DNA from: a virus
Virus record (IMG/VR): IMGVR_UViG_3300030099_006533
Reading direction: 5' to 3' (one strand)
Length of the DNA stretch: 64,000 nt
Both the position numbers and the translations under genes were made by a program. Shown here one piece after another: positions 56,389 to 64,000 of the stretch (its first letter is position 1; the number at the start of each line of letters is the position of its first letter). Below the pieces are notes generated by a model. The model was given only the letters and a program-made list of their open reading frames with translations, was not told the origin of the DNA and made no database searches.

Positions 56389-57310
56389 GATTGTTAGGCC
56401 AACTCGCGCCAAACCTGTTAGAAATAACACTAAAAACGAACAAGAAACAATTGACTTGTTTATGACCCCCTCTACACTAGAAACGGTCGACCGTGCATTA
56501 TTCGAATTTATCGATGAGGTGCTAAATATTCACTTTACCAAGGCCGATCAGGAGGCAGCAAAGGTGCCGGTGATCTGGAACTCTGCAGAGAGGACATTTC
56601 AGATCAAAAATGACAAAGATTTGAGAGATTCTGAGGGACACATCAAAATGCCGATTATCACAGTCGAAAAGACTTCGGTTACAAAGGATCCTCGCCAGCA
56701 TGGAACAATTGTAGCAACTCTTGCCCCTCTTGACGGCGTGAATGGTGGGGAGTGGGTCGTGGCAAGAAAGATAAAGCAAGACAGGACATCTTTATTCGCC
56801 GCGTCGAATAACGCCCGCCAGTGGGACTCTAAAAATGGTGTGATCGGGGCCCAGACGGGCATTGGTGAGCCGTACCATCCTGCTGAAAATAAAGAGATTG
56901 TGTATGAAACGTATACTACACCAATTCCCGTGTATGTGAATGTGACTTACTCAATTGTACTGCGTGCACAGTATCAACAGCACCTAAATGATCTATTGAC
57001 CCCGTTCCTTACACGGACAGGTCACTGGAACATCATGGAAATTAATCATGATGGGCACTTTTATGAGGCCTTCTTGCCAACTGAATATTCTACAAACAAT
57101 AACGTCTCCGATATGTCAGAAGAGGAGAGAACTTACGAAACCAAATTTGATATTCGTGTATTAGCATATTTAGTGGGACAAGGGCACAACCAGCAGGGCC
57201 CCCTCATTGCGAAAAAAGAAAACCTTGTCAAAGTACGATTGCCCCGCGAGCGAGTTATTGTTGAGGAAGAACATCCCGATAAAAACAACGGGCAATTTTA
57301 TAAAGAGTAA
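56378..57310 (+). CDS. Tail terminator / sheath stabiliser (T4 gp15-like)
   Basis: Position between neck and sheath genes; KVPVIW...ER..Q...D...RD, MPIITV. The start at 56378 has an AAGGGGGT SD (the track start 56261 overlaps the upstream gene). Confidence 0.65.
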   Translation: MAVKIVRPTRAKPVRNNTKNEQETIDLFMTPSTLETVDRALFEFIDEVLNIHFTKADQEAAKVPVIWNSAERTFQIKNDKDLRDSEGHIKMPIITVEKTSVTKDPRQHGTIVATLAPLDGVNGGEWVVARKIKQDRTSLFAASNNARQWDSKNGVIGAQTGIGEPYHPAENKEIVYETYTTPIPVYVNVTYSIVLRAQYQQHLNDLLTPFLTRTGHWNIMEINHDGHFYEAFLPTEYSTNNNVSDMSEEERTYETKFDIRVLAYLVGQGHNQQGPLIAKKENLVKVRLPRERVIVEEEHPDKNNGQFYKE

Positions 57311-57333
57311 AATGGAGATTGGGTCAAACCGTT

Positions 57334-57341
57334 ACTATTTA
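57334..57341 (+). promoter_or_regulatory. Late-promoter-like motif ACTATTTA
   Basis: Exact copy in the gap before the sheath gene. Confidence 0.65.
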
Positions 57342-57413
57342 CTATACGATAAGGCTCAACATATGCAAAAGAGCATTTGCAAAATTTAAAAGTTTTTAAG
57401 GAGTTTAAAAAAT

Positions 57414-60338
57414 ATGTCAGTCAAGAAGTTCAAATTCGTCTCCCCCGGCATCTTTATTAAGGAGGTCGATAGATCCTTCAGAGAGCCAGCCGCACCTTTG
57501 GTAGGCCCCGTAATTATTGGTCGTGCCCCCTTCGGTCCGGCAATGCGCCCCATCAGGGTAGAATCTTTTGGAGATTTTGTCCGCACGTTCGGAAACCCCG
57601 TTAGCGGTTATAAGGGCGGAGATCTTTGGCGCCACGGAAACTTGGGTGGCCCTACTTACGGTGCATATGCTGCACAAGCATACCTCGCCGCCAACGTAGG
57701 TCCCGTTAACTATGTTCGACTCCTAGGCACGCACAATGCCAACAAGACCGCAGACGCCGGCGCTACTGCAGGCTGGACAACATCAAAAAACCAGACCGAG
57801 TCCCACGAGACCAATGGTGGAGCCTATGGCCTTGTCTTGTTTGATTCTGCATCGGTCTCCCAAACTGTCACCGGATTCGTTAGTGGAACACTCGCCGCAG
57901 TCTGGTATCTAGAAGAGGGCAGCATCGTTCTCAAGGGTACCCGCCGAAATGGCGTTGGTGGCACCGCAGTTACTTCTTCTGCTGCTCTCATGAGAACGAC
58001 CAATGCCGCTACTCATGAGTGCCGTGCAATTATTAGAGATGCTAGCAACGCTGTAGTAAAAGAAACCTCCTTCAACTTTGATAGAGACTCGGATATTTAT
58101 ATTCGCAAGGTCTTTAATACAAATCCGCAGAAAATCAACAGCAGATTTACGAAAGCAGACGATATAGAAAAGTATTGGCTTGGTCAGACCTACGATCAAA
58201 TGGTTGAGACAACAATCACTGGTTCTGGTGTGGATCACACCCTCGCCGCAATCGTTGGCCTTAAGAAGGGGTCAGTTGGATTCCACGATCAGGAACTGGC
58301 ATACCAGAACGGTAAAACAGGTTGGTTTATCGGTCAAGATATGGGTGTTAACACGGCTTTCCGTGCAACCAGCGCACAAAAGCTATTTAGGCTTGTTGGT
58401 CTAGAGGGTGGTGCCTCCACGCAGAGACGCTTCAAGGTCTCCATCGAAGACATTAAGGCCCCCAGCAACCCAGATATTTACCCTTACGGCTCATTCTCAG
58501 TCGTGCTGCGGTCCCTCTCAGATACGGACAACAAAGTGCTGGTAGTTGAAAGATTCACAGGATGTAATATTGACCCTGACTCTCCTGATTACATCGCCAA
58601 GAAGATTGGTGATATGTATCTGGAATGGAGTGATTCTGAAGCCCGCTTTAGAGAGTACGGAGATCATCCAAATAACTCTACGCACATTCGGGTTGAAATG
58701 GATGATGCCACACACAATGGTTCCGTGGAGCCTTCGCTGATTCCCTTCGGAGTTCTCGGACCCCCGGCGCCCAAGCCGATTAAGTTTATCCCGGGCCACG
58801 GCCCTGCCGTAGCCGGCGGAGATTCTGCAGGCTCAACCGCACTAGACGACGACGCCACCACCAACGCCGTTGGACCCGCTCATGTTGGCGCGTACTTCAT
58901 TGGAGCAAACGCGATTCCACAAGCAAAGCATGTCGCCCTCGGAAACGTGCTGGGAGTAGACGGAGCATTCTCTGGCTCACTGCGATTCCCTGCCCTTCTC
59001 ATGGTTTCCTCGTCTCTTGACGCTGGTCTTTCCGACCAGACTGACGCATACTTCGGTGTTAACACGAATCGAAGCAGAACGTCTAGTAGACATGATGAGA
59101 GTGTAGTAGATTACTTGCTTCCAATTGATGAGTCAACAAGTGCGAACTCTTGGGATCCAAAGCCTGGATTCGAGCACTCATACATGTTCTCCATGGATGA
59201 TCTAGCATATGATACAGCACTTGGCTGCATGAACTATGTGTCAGGATCCCGCATTTCTGGAGATTCATACTCAGCACTCAACTCATTCAGTGCAACCCTT
59301 GACTTGGGCTATGACCGCTTCACTACTGTCTTCCACGGTGGCCACGATGGTGTCAACATTACCGAGATGGAGCCTTTCAACAACGAGATTGTGAAGGTAG
59401 CAGGAGCATCACAGTACAACAACTATGCTTACAACAGTCTTCACAGAGCAATCACTTCTGTCGCAGATCCTGAGTTCATTGAGATGAACCTTCTGTCAGT
59501 GCCCGGCCTCCGCGCCGCAGGCCTAACAAACTATGCTATGGAAGTCTGCGAAGAGCGCGGTGATGCCTTGGCAATTATCGATGTAGCTGACGGCGACTAC
59601 ACTCCTCGTACGGAGTCCAGAGACAGCGCCCAGAACAGAAGAGGTTCAGTATCTACAGCAGTAGCAAATATGAAGAGCCGCAGGCTTAACACGAGTTACG
59701 GTGCAACATACTACCCCTGGGTTCAGATTTTGGACGAAGCCCGAAGCACCAACGTGTGGGTTCCGCCTTCTGTCGTTGCCCTCGGCACGTTGGCTTCCTC
59801 TGAAGCCGCGAGCGCAGTCTGGTTCGCCCCTGCAGGATTCAACCGCGGCGGTCTAACAGACGGTGCAGCAGGAATTCCTGTTATTTCCGCCCGTCAGAGA
59901 CTGTCCCGTAAGGATCGTGACTCACTCTATGAGAACAATGTCAACCCAATTGCTAAGTTCCCTAATGAGGGGCTAGTAATCTTCGGACAAAAGACGCTTC
60001 AGGCCCAGCCCAGCGCCCTTGACCGAGTTAACGTACGTCGCCTGATGATTTACCTCAAGAAGGAAGTCTCTAGAGCTTCTACCCAAGTCCTGTTTGACCA
60101 GAACGTCGAATCTACTTGGAACCGCTTCAAGAGCCTTGTGGATCCCATCTTGGCTGGCGTAAAAGCACAGTTTGGACTCACTGAATATCGACTAATTCTT
60201 GATGAAACCACCACTACGCCAGACTTGATTGATCAGAACATTCTATATGCGAAGATCATGCTTAAGCCTGCCAGAGCGATTGAGTACATTGCGATTGATT
60301 TCAATATCATGCCAACAGGTGCTTCTTTCGATGATTAA
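57414..60338 (+). CDS. Contractile tail sheath protein (T4 gp18-like), 974 aa
   Basis: FVSPGIFIKEVD; YGATYYPWV; VWFAPAGFNRG; VNPIAKFP.EG.VIFGQKTLQ..PSALDRVNVRRL. Confidence 0.95.
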   Translation: MSVKKFKFVSPGIFIKEVDRSFREPAAPLVGPVIIGRAPFGPAMRPIRVESFGDFVRTFGNPVSGYKGGDLWRHGNLGGPTYGAYAAQAYLAANVGPVNYVRLLGTHNANKTADAGATAGWTTSKNQTESHETNGGAYGLVLFDSASVSQTVTGFVSGTLAAVWYLEEGSIVLKGTRRNGVGGTAVTSSAALMRTTNAATHECRAIIRDASNAVVKETSFNFDRDSDIYIRKVFNTNPQKINSRFTKADDIEKYWLGQTYDQMVETTITGSGVDHTLAAIVGLKKGSVGFHDQELAYQNGKTGWFIGQDMGVNTAFRATSAQKLFRLVGLEGGASTQRRFKVSIEDIKAPSNPDIYPYGSFSVVLRSLSDTDNKVLVVERFTGCNIDPDSPDYIAKKIGDMYLEWSDSEARFREYGDHPNNSTHIRVEMDDATHNGSVEPSLIPFGVLGPPAPKPIKFIPGHGPAVAGGDSAGSTALDDDATTNAVGPAHVGAYFIGANAIPQAKHVALGNVLGVDGAFSGSLRFPALLMVSSSLDAGLSDQTDAYFGVNTNRSRTSSRHDESVVDYLLPIDESTSANSWDPKPGFEHSYMFSMDDLAYDTALGCMNYVSGSRISGDSYSALNSFSATLDLGYDRFTTVFHGGHDGVNITEMEPFNNEIVKVAGASQYNNYAYNSLHRAITSVADPEFIEMNLLSVPGLRAAGLTNYAMEVCEERGDALAIIDVADGDYTPRTESRDSAQNRRGSVSTAVANMKSRRLNTSYGATYYPWVQILDEARSTNVWVPPSVVALGTLASSEAASAVWFAPAGFNRGGLTDGAAGIPVISARQRLSRKDRDSLYENNVNPIAKFPNEGLVIFGQKTLQAQPSALDRVNVRRLMIYLKKEVSRASTQVLFDQNVESTWNRFKSLVDPILAGVKAQFGLTEYRLILDETTTTPDLIDQNILYAKIMLKPARAIEYIAIDFNIMPTGASFDD

Positions 60339-60371
60339 AGTTGGAAGAAAAAATACAAATTTGATTATAAA

Positions 60372-60379
60372 ACTATATA
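60372..60379 (+). promoter_or_regulatory. Variant late-promoter-like motif ACTATATA
   Basis: One mismatch to ACTATTTA, upstream of the AAGGAG SD of the tube gene. Confidence 0.5.
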
Positions 60380-60400
60380 ATAACAAGGAGAACAAGTAAA

Positions 60401-61012
60401 ATGCCATTTTGGACAACACCCACAGAAGGAACTGGTCGCGACCCTAAAAGAGGTTTTAGGTTTCGAGTTCAAATCGGAAACATTACCGGACTCGGCTCTT
60501 CCGGGTACATGTGGTATGCAAAGTCTGTAGACAAGCCCAGCTTCGAAATCAGTACACAGGAGCATGATTATTTGAATCATAAGTTTAAGTTCCCGGGTAA
60601 GACAACTTGGTCTCCTGTTAGCATGAAGATGGTTGATCCAACGAATCCAGATATGGCAGCCACTTTGTCTGATATCGTCACATACGCAGGATATCACCCT
60701 CCATCAACCGCCGATGATCATACCTCGATGTCAAAGTCCTCGGCTGTTAAGACCTTGGGTGATGTGTATATTGAGCAGATCGATGCCAACGGCACTATGA
60801 TTGAAAAATGGACGCTTAAAAATGCTTGGATTTCCAAGGTAACATATGGTAACCTAGATTATAGTTCAGAAGAGCTAACAGAGGTAGAAATGGAATTTCA
60901 ATATGACTGGGCCACGTTAGAAACGAAGACAGGAAGCGCCCGCACCGGCGCCGATCCAGGCAACACCGAGTGGTGGGGCGCCAATGATCCATATCCTACC
61001 AACACGCCCTAA
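60401..61012 (+). CDS. Tail tube protein (T4 gp19-like)
   Basis: DPKRGFRFRV; KFPGKTTWSPVSM; EKWTLKNAWIS.V.YG.LDYSSEEL.EVEMEFQYDWA; follows the sheath gene. Confidence 0.9.
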   Translation: MPFWTTPTEGTGRDPKRGFRFRVQIGNITGLGSSGYMWYAKSVDKPSFEISTQEHDYLNHKFKFPGKTTWSPVSMKMVDPTNPDMAATLSDIVTYAGYHPPSTADDHTSMSKSSAVKTLGDVYIEQIDANGTMIEKWTLKNAWISKVTYGNLDYSSEELTEVEMEFQYDWATLETKTGSARTGADPGNTEWWGANDPYPTNTP

Positions 61013-61036
61013 TTAATACAATTGACAACAACTTAA

Positions 61037-61045
61037 TGCTATAAT
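61037..61045 (+). promoter_or_regulatory. Extended -10 promoter TGCTATAAT
   Basis: Perfect TGn-TATAAT upstream of the GAGGTG SD of 61063. Confidence 0.55.
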
Positions 61046-61062
61046 GAAAAGAGAGGTGATTT

Positions 61063-61950
61063 TTGTCAAGAAATAATGATGATCGATTGACGCCAACAAC
61101 CGGCGCAACACAAGATGCATCCACCGAAACTCCTACAGCAGCAACACATACTAATGAGACGGCTAACACTGCTTCGCCGTTTCAGTTTGTTGCGCCTACT
61201 GAGTTCGTGGAACTGCCCTCACGAGGTGAGTTTTACCCCGAAGGGCATGTACTAAGCGGAGTCGAAACAATTGAAATTCGACAAATGACGGCAAAAGATG
61301 AGGACATTCTAACGTCTAGAGCTTTACTAAAGAACGGTACTGCTCTCAACAGAATGATCAATAATCTAATTGTCGATAAACGAATTAACGCAAACAACAT
61401 GTTAGTTGGCGATAAGAACGCTATTATTGTTGCAGCACGGGCTTCAGGCTACGGCCCAGAGTACCTTACAAAAGTAACTTGTCCAAACTGTGCTGAAACG
61501 TCAACATGTGAGTTTGATTTGGGTGAAGTTACGAATACGGATCCTAACGCATATACTGAGTACGATGCGGTTACTAGAGAAGGTGCTCACTTTAATATTA
61601 CGCTTCCTGCGACCAACGCAACAGTCACTGTAAGAATGCTTACTGGAGCAGATGAGGAGCGAACTGCAAAGAATAACCGCATTCACAAGAAAGCGGGAGT
61701 CCAAGCTGGCACAACGCTAACAGGCCAGCTTCGAAGCTTTATTGTCGCTGTTAATGGCGATACAACACAAAAAAACATCGCGTATTTCGTAGATCACATG
61801 CCAGCAAGGGATTCTAGGTTTTTACGCACTATTTATAGGGTCATTACGCCAAATGTAGACATGGTTCAGCAGTTCATCTGCTCACACTGTGACTACGCTA
61901 CAGAAATGGAGGTGCCGTTTACTGCGGACTTTTTTTGGCCTGACCGATAA
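61063..61950 (+). CDS. Tail/baseplate-hub assembly chaperone (T4 gp26-like), zinc-binding
   Basis: ELPSRG.FY, IRQMTAKDEDIL, CPNC and CSHC; lies between the tube and tape measure genes. TTG start. Confidence 0.7.
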   Translation: MSRNNDDRLTPTTGATQDASTETPTAATHTNETANTASPFQFVAPTEFVELPSRGEFYPEGHVLSGVETIEIRQMTAKDEDILTSRALLKNGTALNRMINNLIVDKRINANNMLVGDKNAIIVAARASGYGPEYLTKVTCPNCAETSTCEFDLGEVTNTDPNAYTEYDAVTREGAHFNITLPATNATVTVRMLTGADEERTAKNNRIHKKAGVQAGTTLTGQLRSFIVAVNGDTTQKNIAYFVDHMPARDSRFLRTIYRVITPNVDMVQQFICSHCDYATEMEVPFTADFFWPDR

Positions 61951-61954
61951 TTAT

Positions 61955-62122
61955 ATGGAGCAAGTGTATGAGCAATTCTTCTTCCTGAAGTATAAGGGAG
62001 GGTGGAGTTTGACAGAAGCATACAGTTTACCCATCGGGCTCAGAACATGGTTTGTTGAAAGATTGGTAAAGCAAATAGAGGCCGAAGCAAAAGCTATTCA
62101 AGAAGCTGGTAAAGCAAGATGA
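61955..62122 (+). CDS. Small tail assembly chaperone C-terminal partner (GT/gp51-like), possibly made by frameshift
   Basis: MEQVYEQFFFLKYKGGWSLTEAYSLPIGLRTWFVERL; the frame is open upstream through the T7 run; no usable SD. Confidence 0.65.
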   Translation: MEQVYEQFFFLKYKGGWSLTEAYSLPIGLRTWFVERLVKQIEAEAKAIQEAGKAR

Positions 62123-62178
62123 ACGGTCTCTCCCCTCACACCTACCCTCACAGCTTTATCAAACATCAGCAAGCTTAA

Positions 62179-62210
62179 AAAGCCGGGAGTTCGCTCCCGG
62201 CTTTATTTTT
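62179..62210 (+). terminator. Rho-independent terminator
   Basis: AAAGCCGGGAG-TTCG-CTCCCGGCTTT perfect stem followed by ATTTTT. Confidence 0.9.
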
Positions 62211-62217
62211 ATAAAAC

Positions 62218-62225
62218 ACTATTTA
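62218..62225 (+). promoter_or_regulatory. Late-promoter-like motif ACTATTTA
   Basis: Exact copy right after the terminator, before 62252 and the tape measure gene. Confidence 0.65.
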
Positions 62226-62251
62226 TTTTAGCAACAAGGTTATTACGCGCT

Positions 62252-62593
62252 ATGCAAGACTTAAATGAAGACAAATTAGAAGAGTTTGAAATCAATTTCG
62301 ATCACTTGAGAGACCCAGAACTACGAGAAAGCTTTTTGGCTTCTTTTGGTTACATGGTCAAGTCCTTATTGAAAGGGATGTTTGGCAATAGAGTGCCACA
62401 AACAAGAGTAATCGGAACAAAATCAGAAGTAGAGGCGTTTGCAAAAGCACTTGGCTCAGAGCGTAATTACTTGGCAACCTTACAGAACTATGGGCTAGAC
62501 AATCCCAGGGCAGTAAAGAACAAAGCGGTACTCAGAAAGAATGTATCTAGCTTTGAAAGGAAAACGGGTCTAAAATGGCCGTTTAAGGTATAG
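62252..62593 (+). CDS. Hypothetical protein upstream of tape measure
   Basis: 113 aa, acidic N-terminus with LNE/LRE, basic C-terminus. Confidence 0.6.
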   Translation: MQDLNEDKLEEFEINFDHLRDPELRESFLASFGYMVKSLLKGMFGNRVPQTRVIGTKSEVEAFAKALGSERNYLATLQNYGLDNPRAVKNKAVLRKNVSSFERKTGLKWPFKV

Positions 62594-62599
62594 TGAGTT

Positions 62600-64000
62600 A
62601 TGGCAGATAAGTTTACCGAAAGAGATGTAGCTATCGTAAAAGAGCTTGAGTCTGTCGTGGAAAGCTTAAAGGAGGCTAGTGCCACCCTTGCAGAGAACTT
62701 TAAAAAAACCGCCGCATCAGCCTCAAAATTATCATCAGAAGAGCAAAAGCGATACGATATAAGCCAAAAAAACACCGATACGCTACAAACTGAGGCAGCC
62801 TTATATGAGTCAATTGGCCAAAAAGCTTCAGACATGCAGATCCGAGCGGATTACATGTACGATGCCGCTGAGCGCCGCTTGGAACTTCATCAAAGATTGT
62901 TGGCCGCCGACCGAGAGCGTCTGGAACTTCGATTAAAAAATGGCGAGATCATGGAGGAGATGTATGAACAGAAACTCCTGACGTTAAAAGCAAGCGAAGA
63001 TGTGCAGCTTCAAGAGCAGAAAAGGCTAACTCAATTAAAGGGCGCTAAGTCTGTTAACAAGGATATAGCTGATGGCATTATGAAAATGGCCGGCCTCTCA
63101 GATGAGTTATCTTTAGAAGGTAAGCTCCTGGCGGCCTTTGCTAACGGAGCAAGCCTTAAAGACATCCTAGGCGGCGTATACGGAAATTTGAAAAAAGCAG
63201 AATTTGGCACATTTGCTTTAGATGCTGCAAGCAAAAAATTGACTGGAGGCATCATTGCCCTTGCTACAGCCGCCTTCCACCAAGCATTAGCTTTGGATTC
63301 TGCTCAGTCAGACCTCGACAAACTTACAGGCGGTATGGGACGCTATAACCAAGTTGTGGAAGACGCATACCAGAACAATAAAGCTTACGGTGTCACTGTT
63401 GAGAATGCATCATCTGCTACAGCAAACTTATTCCGAAATACTAGTCAGTTTTCACTCATGAATCAAAAGACACAAGGCGAACTAATTGATACTGGCGCTT
63501 TGTTAGAACAAGCCGGAGTTAGCGCTGACGCTTTTTCGATGGGTCTAGAAGTATCTATGAAAGCCCTTGGGAACACGGCAGAACAAGCACGAGATACCCA
63601 GACTGACTTACTTAGATTCGCTCAAGAACTAGGAATGTCGCCACAAATGATGGCTGAAAGCTTTGCCGACGCCGGCCCAGTCCTCGCTAAATTCTCATAC
63701 AACGCAGAGCGCAATTTTAAAGACGTCGCGAAGGCTGCTAAGGCTACTGGTATGGAAATTAGTAGAATCTTAGATTATACACAGCAATTCGACACATTTG
63801 AAGGCGCCGCAGACAAAGTTGGCTCTCTTAATGCTATGCTTGGTGGCGACTTTGTAAATGCTATGGATCTTATGGCAGCCGAAAACCCAGCCGAGCGTAT
63901 GAGAATGATTACAGATGCTGTTAATGAGGCCGGTAAGAGCTTTGAAGATATGTCGTATTATGAAAAGATGGCCATTGCAGAAGCCGGCGGCTTTGCCGAT
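62600..64000 (+). CDS. Tape measure protein (3'-truncated, at least 467 aa)
   Basis: ATG 62600, open to the window end. Helical A/L/E/K-rich sequence (MADKFTERDV...FDTFEGAADKVGSLNAMLGG...) after tube and chaperone genes. Missing from the track (no stop codon). Confidence 0.8.
   Translation, partial: MADKFTERDVAIVKELESVVESLKEASATLAENFKKTAASASKLSSEEQKRYDISQKNTDTLQTEAALYESIGQKASDMQIRADYMYDAAERRLELHQRLLAADRERLELRLKNGEIMEEMYEQKLLTLKASEDVQLQEQKRLTQLKGAKSVNKDIADGIMKMAGLSDELSLEGKLLAAFANGASLKDILGGVYGNLKKAEFGTFALDAASKKLTGGIIALATAAFHQALALDSAQSDLDKLTGGMGRYNQVVEDAYQNNKAYGVTVENASSATANLFRNTSQFSLMNQKTQGELIDTGALLEQAGVSADAFSMGLEVSMKALGNTAEQARDTQTDLLRFAQELGMSPQMMAESFADAGPVLAKFSYNAERNFKDVAKAAKATGMEISRILDYTQQFDTFEGAADKVGSLNAMLGGDFVNAMDLMAAENPAERMRMITDAVNEAGKSFEDMSYYEKMAIAEAGGFAD

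Noticed and set aside
61022-61045. TTGACA...TATAAT read as a canonical -35/-10 promoter
   Set aside because: The spacer is only 12 nt; only the extended -10 element was kept.
62120-62254. Frame stays open for 43 codons from the TGA of the chaperone partner into ORF 62252 (possible readthrough)
   Set aside because: The stretch crosses a strong terminator and a promoter motif, encodes no plausible protein, and an open run of this length can occur by chance.
1-64000. Stop-codon reassignment (common in some large phages)
   Set aside because: Core genes are uninterrupted under the standard code, and TAA, TAG and TGA all end well-supported genes.
1-64000. CRISPR array, tRNA, intron/intein, diversity-generating retroelement
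   Set aside because: No regularly spaced direct repeats, cloverleaf, Hint/homing-endonuclease motif, reverse transcriptase or near-identical template/variable repeat pair was seen by eye. tRNAscan, a CRISPR finder and a nucleotide self-alignment would be the decisive checks.

Overview
A 64-kb, essentially all plus-strand virion morphogenesis region of a large T4-like (myovirus, Caudoviricetes) bacteriophage. It uses the standard genetic code and canonical Shine-Dalgarno sites. Order: baseplate/wedge module (including a 4031-aa LamG-bearing giant), J-domain protein, degenerate cupin and RuvC-like resolvase; a sigma70-promoter island with primase and a single-chain Mre11-Rad50 (SbcDC) fusion; a holin/spanin-like trio; terminase large subunit, portal and prohead protease; a phage-encoded ribosomal protein bS21; an array of fibre-like genes sharing a C-terminal 'TIDG' module; scaffold, major capsid, neck, tail sheath and tube; a tail-assembly-chaperone pair joined by a candidate T7-run frameshift; and the start of the tape measure. 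Unexplained structure found by reading: (i) an ACTATTTA motif in front of most late units, whose ACTATTTATA copies contain the reverse complement of the T4 late promoter; (ii) unrelated 'cargo' ORFs sharing an N-terminal E-N-W-x-x-F-x-x-E leader, a candidate capsid-addressing and cleavage signal; (iii) small ORFs missing from the track. All family assignments come from motif recognition by eye; no database search was run. No tRNA, rRNA, CRISPR array, intein or mobile element was recognised.
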